Notes under the pieces: model-generated
Databases searched by the model: none
What the model was told of the DNA's origin: nothing
The model's input: only the letters and a program-made list of their open reading frames with translations
Source of the DNA: Mobula hypostoma
Taxonomy: Eukaryota
DNA length: 64,000 nt
Direction: 5' to 3'
Assembly: GCF_963921235.1 (NCBI RefSeq)
Contig: NC_086109.1
Span: 25,236,001 to 25,300,000 of the forward strand
Shown here: positions 52,166 to 64,000 of the stretch, piece by piece
Layout of the letters: every line of letters begins with the position of its first letter
Numbering within the stretch: the stretch's first letter is position 1
Program-made: the position numbers and the translations under genes

Positions 52166-53536
52166 AGAAGCAAATTGACACTGCATTAACCATCACCTAC
52201 ATTGCATGGAATAAGCAGTAATGAAGCCAACCATTCAGTCCAGAAAGTCTGTTGCTGTCCTCAACACAACTTTATTTTCTTCCACTCTACCACCATATTC
52301 TGCTATTTACAGGGAAAGGGGGAGCTGATTTAAAAGTGCACAGTCTTTCCGATCCAGTATATACCTAGAACTCCTGTATTCCCAAGGTTTGCTCCTCCTA
52401 GGAATTTCTAACTATCTTCAAAAATGTATATCTTTCTGAGTTTTAAGACCGTGTTTTGTTTTAATCTTGCTCATTTGCAGCTGGAATCCGAATTCACTGT
52501 GGATGATCTCAGGGGAGAAAACTCCTGATTCATATTGACAAAGGGATTGTGCAGAATAATAAAACGATTAGCCCACTCTCCTGAAGCAGATTGCCTGAGC
52601 AACTTGACACGGATACCTAAGGCAAGGGGCAGGTGCACATTTGGCCAATATGAAAAGGAATTTAACATTGCAAAATTATAGACAGCATTGCTTTTACCAT
52701 TCAGTGTATTGACTACTTGGTATCCTATGAATTCATCCACCACTGCTGGTTCCTGCAAGCACTTAATATAACCATGAGCCTAAAAAGAATGAAAGGAGCA
52801 TCATCTATGGGTCATTAACAACAATCTGTCTGAACTCTGACTTAAATCCCTGTTGCTGCAGTGGAGTTTGCATTTTTTTTAAACATTTCCAGACTCTGCA
52901 ATAATATAAAATGCATTTAAAATCCCAGGAATGAAAATGGAAGAGGAAGAATGGTAGGAGAGATTGCTGCTGTGTATAAGCGTGCCGGCAAATTTGACTG
53001 AGCACATTCCCTCTTCAGTGGTTATACTTGTTTTGGTGCCTTACTGGTAGGCAGGGAGAGGAGCATGTAGATCACACAAGTAACTTCAGCCAACACAGTG
53101 AACTGTTCCACAACCGGGAGGCAGCTCCCTAGTTCTTGATCCTTTTATTTCATAAATGCAAAGAAACAAACTGGGGAAGAAAGTTCTAAGTACACAATCC
53201 CAGAATAACAAGTGCTGATATAGGGATTGTACACGTGGCAAATGTGAAAGATTAGCCAAATAAAAATTGTCCTCCTCTGGAATAATTTGTTTCAGGTAAT
53301 TGTGGAACATGTTACATCTGAACAAATGAAACACATCTCTCCCTCCCCTCTCTCCCTCCCTCCCCCTCTCCCCCTCTCTCCCCATCCCCATTCTCTTACC
53401 CCTCTCTTATACCATCTCCTTTTTTGCTGTTATTCCTTCAGTTCTCCCAAACCTACCTGGGGGGGTATCATTCATTTTTGGCAAGGTATACACCCCAGTG
53501 CTAGAAAATACTGTATGTGATAGCATTGCAGCGGTG

Positions 53537-53877
53537 CAAACACGAGGAATTCTGCAGATGCTGGAAATTCAAGCAACACACATCAAAGTTGCTGGTGAAC
53601 GCAGCAGGCCAGGCAGCATCTCTAGAAAGAGGTACAGTCAGCGTTTCAGGCCGAGACCCTTCGTCAGGACTAACTGTTAGTCCTGACGAAGGGTCTCGGC
53701 CCAAAACGTCGACTGTACCTCTTCCTAGAGATGCTGCCTGGCCTGCTGCGTTCACCAGCAACTTTGATGTGTGTTGCGTTAGTCCTGACGAAGGGTCTCA
53801 GCCCGAAACATCGACTGTACCTCTTCCTAGAGATGCTGCCTGGCCTTCTGCGTTCACCAGCAACTTTGATTTGTGTT
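53537..53877. mobile_element. PLE insertion: one inverted plus two tandem 102-bp hammerhead units, exact 14-bp TSD
   Basis: GCATTGCAGCGGTG at 53523-53536 and 53878-53891; palindrome centre 53675; tandem units 53676-53777 and 53778-53879. Confidence 0.9.
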
Positions 53878-56477
53878 GCATTGCAGCGGTGGTAACTTTC
53901 TGTGATCCCATGGTGCTTTGCCTATGATAAAATGAATTATGCCAGGTACCTGTCCCCTTACTTTGCTCAGATGATGAACCTTCCAGAGAAAAATCCTCTG
54001 TGTATGAGGCCTTCAAGACAGGCCAAATCTCAGTGCAGCTGTCAAGTAACAACCCCTTTGGGCAGATCCCTGTGGACCAGGCTATTGAAGCCACAGTGAA
54101 CAAAGACACACGGACTCCTGGAGGCACATCACAGTTCAGCCTGAATGTTGGAGCTATCAAGCATTACTACATAACAGCAGAGCACCGCAGTGCATTCCTG
54201 GGACAGTTGAGATGGTGCAAGGCAACAAATCAGAGCTTTGTCATGCAGAGGTACAGCGGCGAAGAATCCAGAAAGATGAGGAAGCAGTTTCAGCAGTGGT
54301 TAGCCTCATACATGAATGGGTCAGCCCATTTGCAGAGAAGCAGGACCTCATTAGCGTCCCTACGGCAAAGGCAGCCTCCAAGGACATTGCCTCCGATCTG
54401 TTGAAGGCATATGAGATTGGTGAGCAATGCTATGCAACCTTCAAGGATGAGAGACTAGAGGAGGACCCACCAGCAAAGAAATTCCATGACCCGATGAAAA
54501 CCAACAAGCTGAAAACATTCAGTGATATGTGCAAGAAGAGAGAAGTGAAATCAAATGGGAGGGTGATCATTTTGAAAGCAGACAGGTCTGTGTTTGGACG
54601 TATCATAGTGATGGCACAAGGGCACAGTCTACGTATGGAGGATATCCTTTGTCATCCCCTTGGACCATTACCCTGGGCCCTGTCCACACCAGATGGATTG
54701 CTGAGAAAGACAAATAAAGCTTCTTTAGCCACAACCTTGCAGAAAAATGTAGCAGTAGAAGGGCGACTCCCAGGAAACTCTGCTACATTGGTTGATGGAA
54801 TGAACTTGGTCCAAAGAGTGAAAGGTGATCAAGTTACTTTCAGAGATGTTGCCACAACAAGACAGTGAGGAGGTGTCAGCTCTTTAGTGTCAACAAGAAG
54901 AAGCAGATGGCTGCCTACTTCTCCATGCTGCCCATGCCACAAGAGAGGGACACCAATCTGTAGTGATCTGAGCAGAAGACACAGATGTCTTTATCATGTC
55001 TTTAGCATTTTGTAACAAGATTGAGACCCCATTGTTCCAGAAGTGTGGCACTAGAACCCGTACAAGGCTTGTAGACATCAGGAAGGTTACTGCCATTGTT
55101 GGCACAGAGGTTTGTAGGGCTCTCATCGGGTTGCACGCATATACAGGGTGTGACACTCTAAGCAGGCAAAGGGAAGAAAGTGCCCTAAAACTTCTGACCA
55201 GCAACAGGGAAACTCAGGACACATTCTTAGAGTTGGGTCAGGAATGGGACCTCTCCCCAGAACTGATGGACAAACTGGAGGCATTTACATGTCTCCTTTC
55301 TTTCTTTCTCAATCTTTTTATTAAGTTTCAGAATTAATAGATATAACAATAATAATAATGATACAAAGAGCTTGGGATTACATTAATAACGGTTAACATG
55401 TACAAGCACAGATTCCAAGCAACAAATGTAGTTTAACTTTCCAATCTCTTAGTAACTAACCATGAAAAAGATATTTTATAAAGAGAAAAAAAACCCTAAA
55501 CTAAAAAGACTGAACTTAACAAAAAACAAATCCATCGTGCACAATGAGTTTCATCCTACTCTTGCGTCCAAAATGTTAAATATCAAATATTAATTGCCCA
55601 ATAATAAAATCTAAGATTCGGCAAAGCCAAACCGCCTTTTTGATTTCTGTAAATATTTCTTACGTAACCTAGGATTTCTATTCTGCCATACATATGAAGA
55701 AATTTTAGAATCAATAATATCAAAAAAAGATATAGGGATGAAAATTGATACCGCCTGAAATAGGTACAGAAATTTAGGTAAAATAATCATCTGAATGGCA
55801 TTAATTCGAGCAATCAAAGTTAAGGACAATGGGGACCATTTAGTAAACAGTTGTTTAACATGATCAATTAAGGGTAAAAAATTAACTTTGAATAGATCCT
55901 TATGCTTCTTAGTAATTTTAACACCCAAATAATTAAAATACAGTAATCAGTAACCAATCTACAAACTTGTAAATGGTGATTGTCTATAAATTGGAACTTG
56001 CATATTTAATGGAAAAAGCACACTCTTATTAAGAATCAATTTATAACCAGAAAAACTACTAAACTGAGCAAGTAGTGTTATTACTGCAGGAATGGATTTC
56101 TCTGGGTTAGAGACATATAGTAACAGGTCATCTCCATATGGTGGTACTTTATGCATCCCATTCCCACTAATATTGCCAGGTATATTGGGTGAATCACGAA
56201 GAGCGATTGCCAAGGGCTCCAGGGCAATATCAAATAGTAAAGGGCTTAAAGGACAACCCTGTCTAGTAACTCGAAAAAGCCTAAAAAAAGGGGATCTCTG
56301 ATTATTGGTAAATACAGAAGCCAAAGGTGTATGATATATCAATTGGATCCAAGGTATAAATTTGGGCTAAAATTAAATTTCTCAAGTATATTAAATAAAT
56401 AATCCCATTCAAGTCTATCAAACACCTTGGCATCAAGCAAAATAACACATTCTGGAGTATTAGATGAAGTAATGTAT

Positions 56478-57632
56478 CATCATCATCATCATCATCATCA
56501 TCAGATGCCATGCCCAGTTTGAGCTTTGACTGCCATTGCCCACACACTCCTGTTTCGGGTCAAGTGGATCAATTCATTGGTATTCATTTCCAGTTCTCTG
56601 GCTGCTGTCTCCATCATCATTTGTCTTTGTCTTCCTCTTGCTTTCTTCCCTTCAATCTTTCCCATAATTACCGTGCATTCTAACTCCTCTTTCCTAATCA
56701 CATGTCCACTGAAGTTACGTTACGTTTTCATGATCTCATACATTATTTCTCTTTTTGTGTTTGCTCTGTTCATGACATCTTCCTTAGATATTTGTTTCGT
56801 CCATGATATTCTTTGCGTCCTCCTCAAAAACCACATCTCTGCTGCTACAATCATTTCCTTATGTTACTAGATATTGTCCAACATTCTGAGCCATATAACA
56901 TAACTGGATAAACGTAACTTTTCAGTATTCTGAGGTGGGTTGTCATGCCTAGTTTAGTATTGGTGAGTATACTCTTCATTCTTGTAAAGGTGTCTTTTGC
57001 CATCTCTATTCTTCTTTTAATGTCCAAGTCGCACCTGCCATCTGATGTCACCCAGCTTCCTAAGTAGCAAAAGTTCTGTACTTGTTTTATGTCTTCCCCG
57101 TTTATTCTCAGCCTGCAGATAGGATTCTCCTTCTTTTTGGATATCACCATACATTCTGTCCTTTTACAATTGATAGATAGACCCATTTTTGCACTTTCTT
57201 CAACAACTTTATCAATTAAGTTTTGTAGTTCTTCCTCCGTACTTGTAATTAACACAGTGTCATCTGCATATCTGAAATTATTGATGTTTTCAACGCCAAC
57301 TTTGATTCCCAAGATGTCTCTTTTTTTTGTAATATTGTCTCACTGTACACATTAAATAAATCAGGGGAGAAAACACACCCTTATCTAACATCTCTCTTGA
57401 TTTTCGTAAACTGACTCACTTCTCCATCTATTCTTACAGCGGCAGTTTGTTACCAGTACAGATTTCTGATTAGGCGGAGGTCTTTCGAATCTAGATCTAG
57501 AGTTTTCAGTAATACAGTATTTCAAATAACTTATTGTGCTTCACTTTATCAAATGCTTTTGTGTAGTCGATAAAGCAAACAAATAAATCTTTTTGCACTT
57601 GAAGAACTCGTTCTGATAGTATCCTTAACATC
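56478..57632 (-). mobile_element. RTE-clade LINE 3' portion with (ATG)n microsatellite tail
   Basis: CFIDYTKAFDKVKH, NNFRYADDTVLI, FCYLGS, YGSECWT, GKIEGKKARGRQR; (CAT)n at 56478-56503. Confidence 0.9.
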
Positions 57633-59707
57633 GATATGGGGAAACCACAGTTAAACTGAAATTCTTGAACAGCCCGGAGGCGATTTCGCCTCATCCACTG
57701 AATTCCTAGTATGATGCTTTACCGCACCCCGCCCCCCCCCCCGCCACCCACCCAGGCGATTCCGCCCTCAAACAGGGGTCAAGGAAGCAAAAATAAAACC
57801 AAGAGGAACACGGCGGGTCGAGCAGCATCGGATGAGGCAGGGTCTCCGCACAAAGCGCTCCCCTAACTCAGCTCGCAAACAGGAGAAAGTCTGCAGATGC
57901 TGGAAATCCAAGCAACACACATAAAACGCTGGAGGAACTCAGCAGGTCAGGCGGCATCTATGGAAACGAGGACTGTTTATGCTGTTCCGCGAGGTCCTCC
58001 GGTAGCCTTCCTTCTCGGGTATCTACATATACGTATTTTGCTCCAGGTTCCAATATCTGTCACTTCCTATGTCCAGCGAGGAAAGGGTTTGGTTTTGGAT
58101 GATGTGTGAAGTGTGTAAGCGTCAGGAGTACTCGTCAAATCTCGGAGAAGGCTAGACTTCCTGCTTAGGCTGCAATGCACTTTACAATTAGCCTGCTTGC
58201 GAGCAAAGGGGGAGGAGTGAAGTTAGCGCGATTCATACTTCGCGTCTGGAGTGGAAAGCTGAGGCCGCGCTCTGTCTAACAGCAGCTCAGCGAAAGGTCT
58301 GTAGTTCCAGCCTGCGCTTCGCTTTTTATGTAATGGGCTTAAGCTAAATAATGTATTTTCACTATCTTGATGAAGGGTCTCGGCCCAGAACGTCGACTCT
58401 TTTTCCCTTTCGAGAGAAGAGGTGCTTTCTGATCTGCTGAATTCCTTCAGCATTTTGTATGTGTTACTCTTACACTTCTTGTGTGCATTAATAAAAAAAA
58501 CCTGGTAAATCTCAATTCTCCATCTATAGTTGGAAAACTTGTTGTTTTTGGCGTGGACCATCACGTAGAGCGGTTTTCTGTCTACTTAGTGGTTGTCAGC
58601 GTGCAGTCAGTCCCGTGCGCTTTGTTTGAGGGAACGGTAGTGGCTCTCAGCGTCCCGTCTGCGGTTTTGCCGGGGTAACCATCCTCCCCTGTGGGCTACC
58701 CACCTGCACGCGTTTCCTTCAGTCCCCACTGTTACAGCAAAACGCCTCGCTTACCATCGAGTTGCTTTTTATTCTGACTTTCTGAACGAACAGTCATATT
58801 GAAGGTTTCCTGTTTCGGTGCCTCATCCGGCCACGTGTAAAATTGGGTACTCGGACTGGGAGTTATTGCTGCGAGCACATTTTCTGCTCGACACTACAGT
58901 AGGTCGCATAGGAAGTAAACGCGGAGAGTTGACGCCACTTCATGAAGGTAGCTGAGCAGAAATTGAAGCTCCTAGGGGGTTTGTCAGGGAAAGGGGGAGA
59001 CTTGAACGGGGTTTAGGTGTTTGGTGGGTCATCTGGGGAAATTAATGGTAGCTTGACTGTGCTGAGGAGAGGTTGTCATTGCTCGAGATGACATCAGGGA
59101 TATTGGGGAGAGTTGGGGGAGGCAGGTTCAGGATTACTGAAGAGAGCAAGCGACGGTCTAAAGGTACTAGGGGAAGTTCCTGGGGAGAATTGGAGGTTGG
59201 TCAGAGGCCACTGAGATCTTCAGTGATCGTCAGGGATACCGGGGAGAGTTCAGGTGAGTTGATAGTTGCTCAGAGATAGTCGTGGTGAGTATTGCTGGTT
59301 AGTTAGTCGGAGATCTTACGGAGAGATGGTGCTTCTTCGAGGGTCTTGAGGTGATTTGCTGAGCAGTCAGAACCTCTGGAAAAATTCGGTGTTGGGGAGA
59401 ATTGGGATTTGATCAGACGCCCCGAGAGGGTTTTTGGTTTATTACGCGTACCGGCGAGCATTGGTGGCTTCAGAGATCTTGAACGCTGGGTGGATGTCCT
59501 GGCGAAAATAAGTGATTGAAGAGAGGTGCTGGGGTGAGTTTGTGCACGGTTAGGGTAGGAGGGAGAATTGAAATTATGGATACAGGTCAGAGTTCGTCTG
59601 AAAACTGGTAAGAGATGTTATTGATTAGATTTACTGTAAAGAAATAACACTTAGGTGTACCAGGCAGAGTTCACGTTGATTGGATACACCAGTTTCGCAC
59701 TTTCTTC
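57633..59707. other. CpG-rich non-coding block of unknown origin, promoter-like
   Basis: High CpG; GC boxes ~57727-57745; CACGTG 58832; ACTACA 58893; GGAAGT 58911; G-rich downstream half; two PLE fragments (~57877-57966, ~58364-58470). Confidence 0.55.
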
Positions 59708-62384
59708 AATGTATACGATGTTCATTAACCTCCTAACATTAAAATGTGAATAACGATTTTTAATAAATCCTGTCTGATCCCCGGAGATCATTTGCGCAAT
59801 ACCTTCTCCAATCTAATTGCTAGTATTTTGGAAAATAATTTAGAGTCCACATTCAACAAAGATATAGGTCTGTATGATGCACATTCAGTAGGATCTTTAT
59901 ATTTTTTAGGAATTAAAGAAATAGATACTTCATGAAAGGATTGTGGTAATTTACCTACAAATATGGCATCTTTAAAAAATCTACATAACCAGGGAGAAAG
60001 TGAATCTGAAAAAGATTTTAAAAATTCAGCTGTATATGCATTTGGACCAGCTGCTTTACCAGAGTTCATTGAAAAAAATTGCTCTATTTATTTCCTCTTC
60101 AGTAATGGGTGTGTCTAGTGCTAAATGTTCATCAACTGGTAATTTCGGAATATTCAATTTCCTTAAAAATTCATGCATTATGGTAGAATCATCAGGAAAT
60201 TCTGATTGGTATATATTGGTATAAAATTCTTGAAAAGATTTGTTAATTTCATCATGGTCAACTGCCAAAATACCAACCCGTTTACGAACTTTATTACTCT
60301 GACACTTCACAGGCAAAGGGAAGACAAGTGCCCTAAGATTTCTGACCAGCAACAGGGAAACTCAGGACACATTCTTAGAGTTGGGTCAGGAATGGGACCT
60401 CTCCCCAGAACTGATGGACAAACTGGAGGCATTTACATGTCTCCTGTATGCCCCGAAAGCATCGACCACCAAGGTCAATGAGATTAGGTATCACCTTTTC
60501 TGTGCCAAAAAAGGTGAAATCAAAAGTCATCAACTCCCACCATGCAAGGACTGTTTAACAAAACATGCACAGTGAGCGAACTACCAGGCTGGTATATGGA
60601 GAAGATGTTTGGAGAAGAACCCACAAGGGCCAAGCTCTGTTGGCAGAGGATGGAAGTTGGAGAGAGAAGAGGAAGCTGAACAGTTGGTGGTGCACTGGAT
60701 GGAAGGCCAGCCAGCACCCGATGCTGTCCTGGATCTACTGGCCTGTAACTGTCCAAAAAAATGTTCACTCTCAAGATGTATGTGTGTTGCAAATGGCCTC
60801 AGGTGTACTGACATGTGTAGACTAGCAGACTGCGAGAACCAGGCTTCCACCTCAGAGAGTGTGGAAAGTTCAGATGAAGATGTGGAAGATATGGAAAACT
60901 TGGAAAATTATTATAATTATTAATAGATTATGAAAGTATGGAAAACAAAGTACAGAAAGCAGTCTTTGATTAAATATATTCATCTTACAACCAAATGGGG
61001 CCTAGGTTATGGTCGTGTGGAACCCCACATTTGAATTATTGTACTGTAATTCTGTAAGCTATGGCAAAAGCTTAAGATTGTTTTGATTTGATGCAACAAT
61101 ATGGAAAATATCATGACATCGATAAAACTCCAGAAATCTCTCCAAATGAGGTTTTGTACCTTCTGGGGGGGCGGGGGGGGTAGGGTAACACTTTCTGCTG
61201 TACTGATGTTAATATAAAATATATACAAAAAGTGATTATTTATTTGAATTCCGGAATAACTTCTCCACAAATCCATGTGATTATATGTGTCCTAGGGTTT
61301 TTATTGACTTTTCCAAAATAAACAACAGACAAATATTTTTGTAAAAATGAAATGATTCACTGTACTGAAATTGGGCACTGTACTGTGAGTGCCACCAAGG
61401 GCATAATTTTCAATGTAGAATTTTATAACAACATTTGATGGAAAGTGCTTGAATTCAGCTATCATTGTGACAAATTTCAATGTTGAGGGATCACTGATAA
61501 CAAAATACCACTAGGTTGAATATATATGTTGTATATACTGGCCACTTTTCAGAAATGCTTATTTTAGGGTAGTGTTACAAAATGCATCATATCACACATA
61601 AAGCTACCACTGATGCAATGCTATCACATATTTTCTAACTCTAGAGATATATACCTTGAAAATCACTATGAGCATTATTCCCCTCAGATGGTACCACACA
61701 ACCCTACTAGCTCACGGACTAACAGATATATCTCTGAACTCACTTCACAAAACAGATGATCTAATCACTGTTTGATTAGTCCTTGTTGGATGTTACTTTG
61801 CTTGAACTGGCTTGTTTTGTACTTTGCACACAAGGGTATAGTTTAAAAGTATGACATTGGCTTTAAAGTATTTGGATAATTCCAAGATTTAGGAAGTCAA
61901 TTTGCACAGACTCAAGGTGACTGGCAGATAATTAAATGTGATCCATTTTTCTACAAATGCTTTCTTTCCTTCTTTAATCAAAAATTCTCTAAATCCAACC
62001 TTTAAAACCTGTATTTCCTCATAAACACAAGAGATTCAGCAGATGCAATAAATCTGGAGTAACACATAAAATGCTGGAGGAGCTCAGCAGTTAAGGCAGC
62101 ATCTATGGAAAGGAATAAGCAATTGATATCTCAAGCCAAGACACTTTACAAGGACTGATCCTTTCTTGTAGGATTTTTAACTTCTAGTGAAGGGTTTTAG
62201 GATCATCTCCCACCCCAATACATGACGTTCGGTAACACCTACAATTATGTTGCTTTAACAGAGATGCCATAATTGAGGAAATATATTGAAATTAAACATC
62301 ATTTTCCAATGAAGAAGAGGAGCATTTCACTGTCAAAATTACTTCTGGAAAATAATATTTGGAAGTAAAGCTACAGGAAAAGGC

Positions 62385-63310
62385 AAAGTCAAAGCAAATT
62401 TATTATTAAACTACATGCACCATATACTACCTTGAGATTCATTGTCTTGTGGATATTCACAGTAAATACAACAAAACACTATAGAATCAGTGAAAAAGAT
62501 GGACAACCAATGTGCAGAGGTCAGCAAATTGTGTAAACACAGAAAGAAAAAAAAAATTAATAGATACTGTAAATACGGAACAAACAATTGAGAACATGTG
62601 TTATAGAGTCCTTGAAAGTGAGTTCATGGGATGTGGAATTCAGCTCAATGATGGGATGAGTGGAGCTATCTGCTCCAGTTCAACAGCCTGATGGTTGAGG
62701 GATAATAATTGTTTCTGAACCTGCTGGTGTAGGACCTAAGTCTGCTGTACCTCCTTCCTGATGGCAGCAGTGGGAAAAGAGCATGGCATAGATGATTAAG
62801 TTCCCAGATGATGGATGCTTCTCTCCTGTAACAGCGCTCCTAGTAGTTGTGCTCAATGGTGTGGAGGGCTTTACCTGTGATGGACTGGACTGTATCCACG
62901 ACTTTTTGTAGGCTTTTCTGTTCAAGAGTATTGGTGTTTCCATACCAGGCCATGATGCAACCAGTCAGTATACTCCCCAACATGTGTTTATAGAAATCTG
63001 TCAGATTTTTTGATGCCATGCTGAATCTTTTCAGCCTTTTAAGAAAGTAGGGGCACTGCCGTAACTTCATTGTAACGATACTTAGGTGCTGGACTCGGGA
63101 CAGATTCTTTGGAAGTTACTGATCCTCTGCACCTCTGATCCCCTGATGAGGTCTGGCTCATGAACCTCAGGTTTACTCCTGCTGTAGTCAATAATCAGCT
63201 CTAAGGTTTTGCTGATGTTGAGTAGGAGGTGGTTGTTGTTGTAGCACCTTTCAGCCAGACTTTCAATCTCCATCCAATATATTGATTCATCACCATCTTT
63301 GATTCACCCT
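62385..63310 (-). mobile_element. Rex1/Babar LINE 3' fragment
   Basis: LLLNISKTLELIIDY, FLKRLKRF, SILTGCIMAWYG. Confidence 0.85.
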
Positions 63311-64000
63311 GGTTGGTGACCACTGGTTAAACTTTGACTTATCAAAGTAAGAGAAACTCATTAGACACATCCTTGCTTAGTATTATTTCGATTTCCTGCT
63401 GCATGGATTAAGGATGTACATTGTAAAATGAAATGAATAGTCTGGTCTTTGTTTATCAGGGACCATGTGTCTTCATCTACCTTCACAGAACTATCTCACT
63501 GGAAGACAAAAGACTCAGTGATCTATTCATTATACTGGGATGCTTGATATGATATCAGCTGAGTGAAGTGTTTAGTTCCAAGACTGTATCTGTTGCCTTG
63601 CAAACATTTTAACTATAATTAAATTGTGCTGTTAATTTAGGAAGTGCACATCTAAATAAACAAGAACTCCTTGTAGATTAGGACAATTAGCTCATCATGA
63701 AGAATATTGTCAATACTCATTATTTATGGGTCCGTAGGTGATCTGAAAGGCTACTTGACCTGCTTACAAATGGAAATGTTTACTGGTGTCCAGGTGATGC
63801 TAAATGCCCAGTTTATTGCTCTGAGACTTTAACACTAGGAAATCTTTCCTCTCAGATATTATTTCCCAGAAGTAATTTTGAAAGTGAAATGTTCCCCTTT
63901 TTCATTGGAAAATGGGTTTTCATTTTAATATTTCCCCAACTTTGGCATCTCAGTTAAGCAGTTCAATTGTAGGTGCCAGCCTAAGTCATGTATTAGAGTG

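Larger units (their letters stand above)
55298..60305 (-). mobile_element. L1-clade LINE ORF2 remnant, split by a 3.2-kb insertion
   Basis: SYRPISLLNVDSKLFSKILAIRL, DQTGFIKNR, TRQGCPLSPLLFDIALEPLA, YGDDLLLY, ILPKFLYLFQ; A-rich tail on minus strand at 55298-55322. Confidence 0.88.
53482..61721 (+). mobile_element. Decayed Academ-like (XPG-nuclease/Cys-finger) DNA transposon with nested insertions
   Basis: ORF pieces AYDKMNYARYL, PVDQAIEATVNKD, PLPWALSTPDGLLRKTNK, DGMNLVQ, GLHAYTGCDT, C-terminal CNCPKKCSLSRCMCVANGLRCTDMCRLADCEN. Imperfect inverted repeats 53482-53536+53892-53905 vs 61593-61658; candidate right end ...CTCACGGACTA. Confidence 0.65.

Noticed and set aside
53573..53879. CRISPR-like repeat array
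   Set aside because: Units are contiguous 102-bp repeats with no unique spacers or cas genes; eukaryotic context
56302..56547. Poly-Asp ORF
   Set aside because: Translation of the RTE (ATG)n tail

Overview
Vertebrate genomic DNA. The repeat landscape (CR1, Rex1/Babar, V-SINEs, Penelope-like pLTRs) suggests a cartilaginous fish, probably a ray; that assignment is inference. The only clear host gene is the first coding exon of a Kv3 potassium channel, best matching KCNC4/Kv3.4 (22422-23060, +). It lies in a CpG-rich region and has an N-terminal inactivation peptide and a T1 domain. No later exon is recognisable, so the remaining ~41 kb is probably intron 1. Almost all other ORFs are decayed transposon fragments. 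Main non-routine signals: (1) a dispersed Penelope-like (PLE) terminal-repeat family carrying a minimal type I hammerhead ribozyme motif, repeatedly inserted as fold-back palindromes with 13-18 bp target-site duplications (TSDs); (2) a decayed Academ-like DNA transposon (~53480-61721) holding nested insertions: PLE, L1 flanked by a ~135-bp direct duplication, and RTE plus a ~2-kb CpG-rich promoter-like block; (3) a candidate 125-nt 5'UTR intron with uORF starts and two in-frame start codons for the channel. All calls are by eye; repeat boundaries are approximate unless a TSD is quoted.
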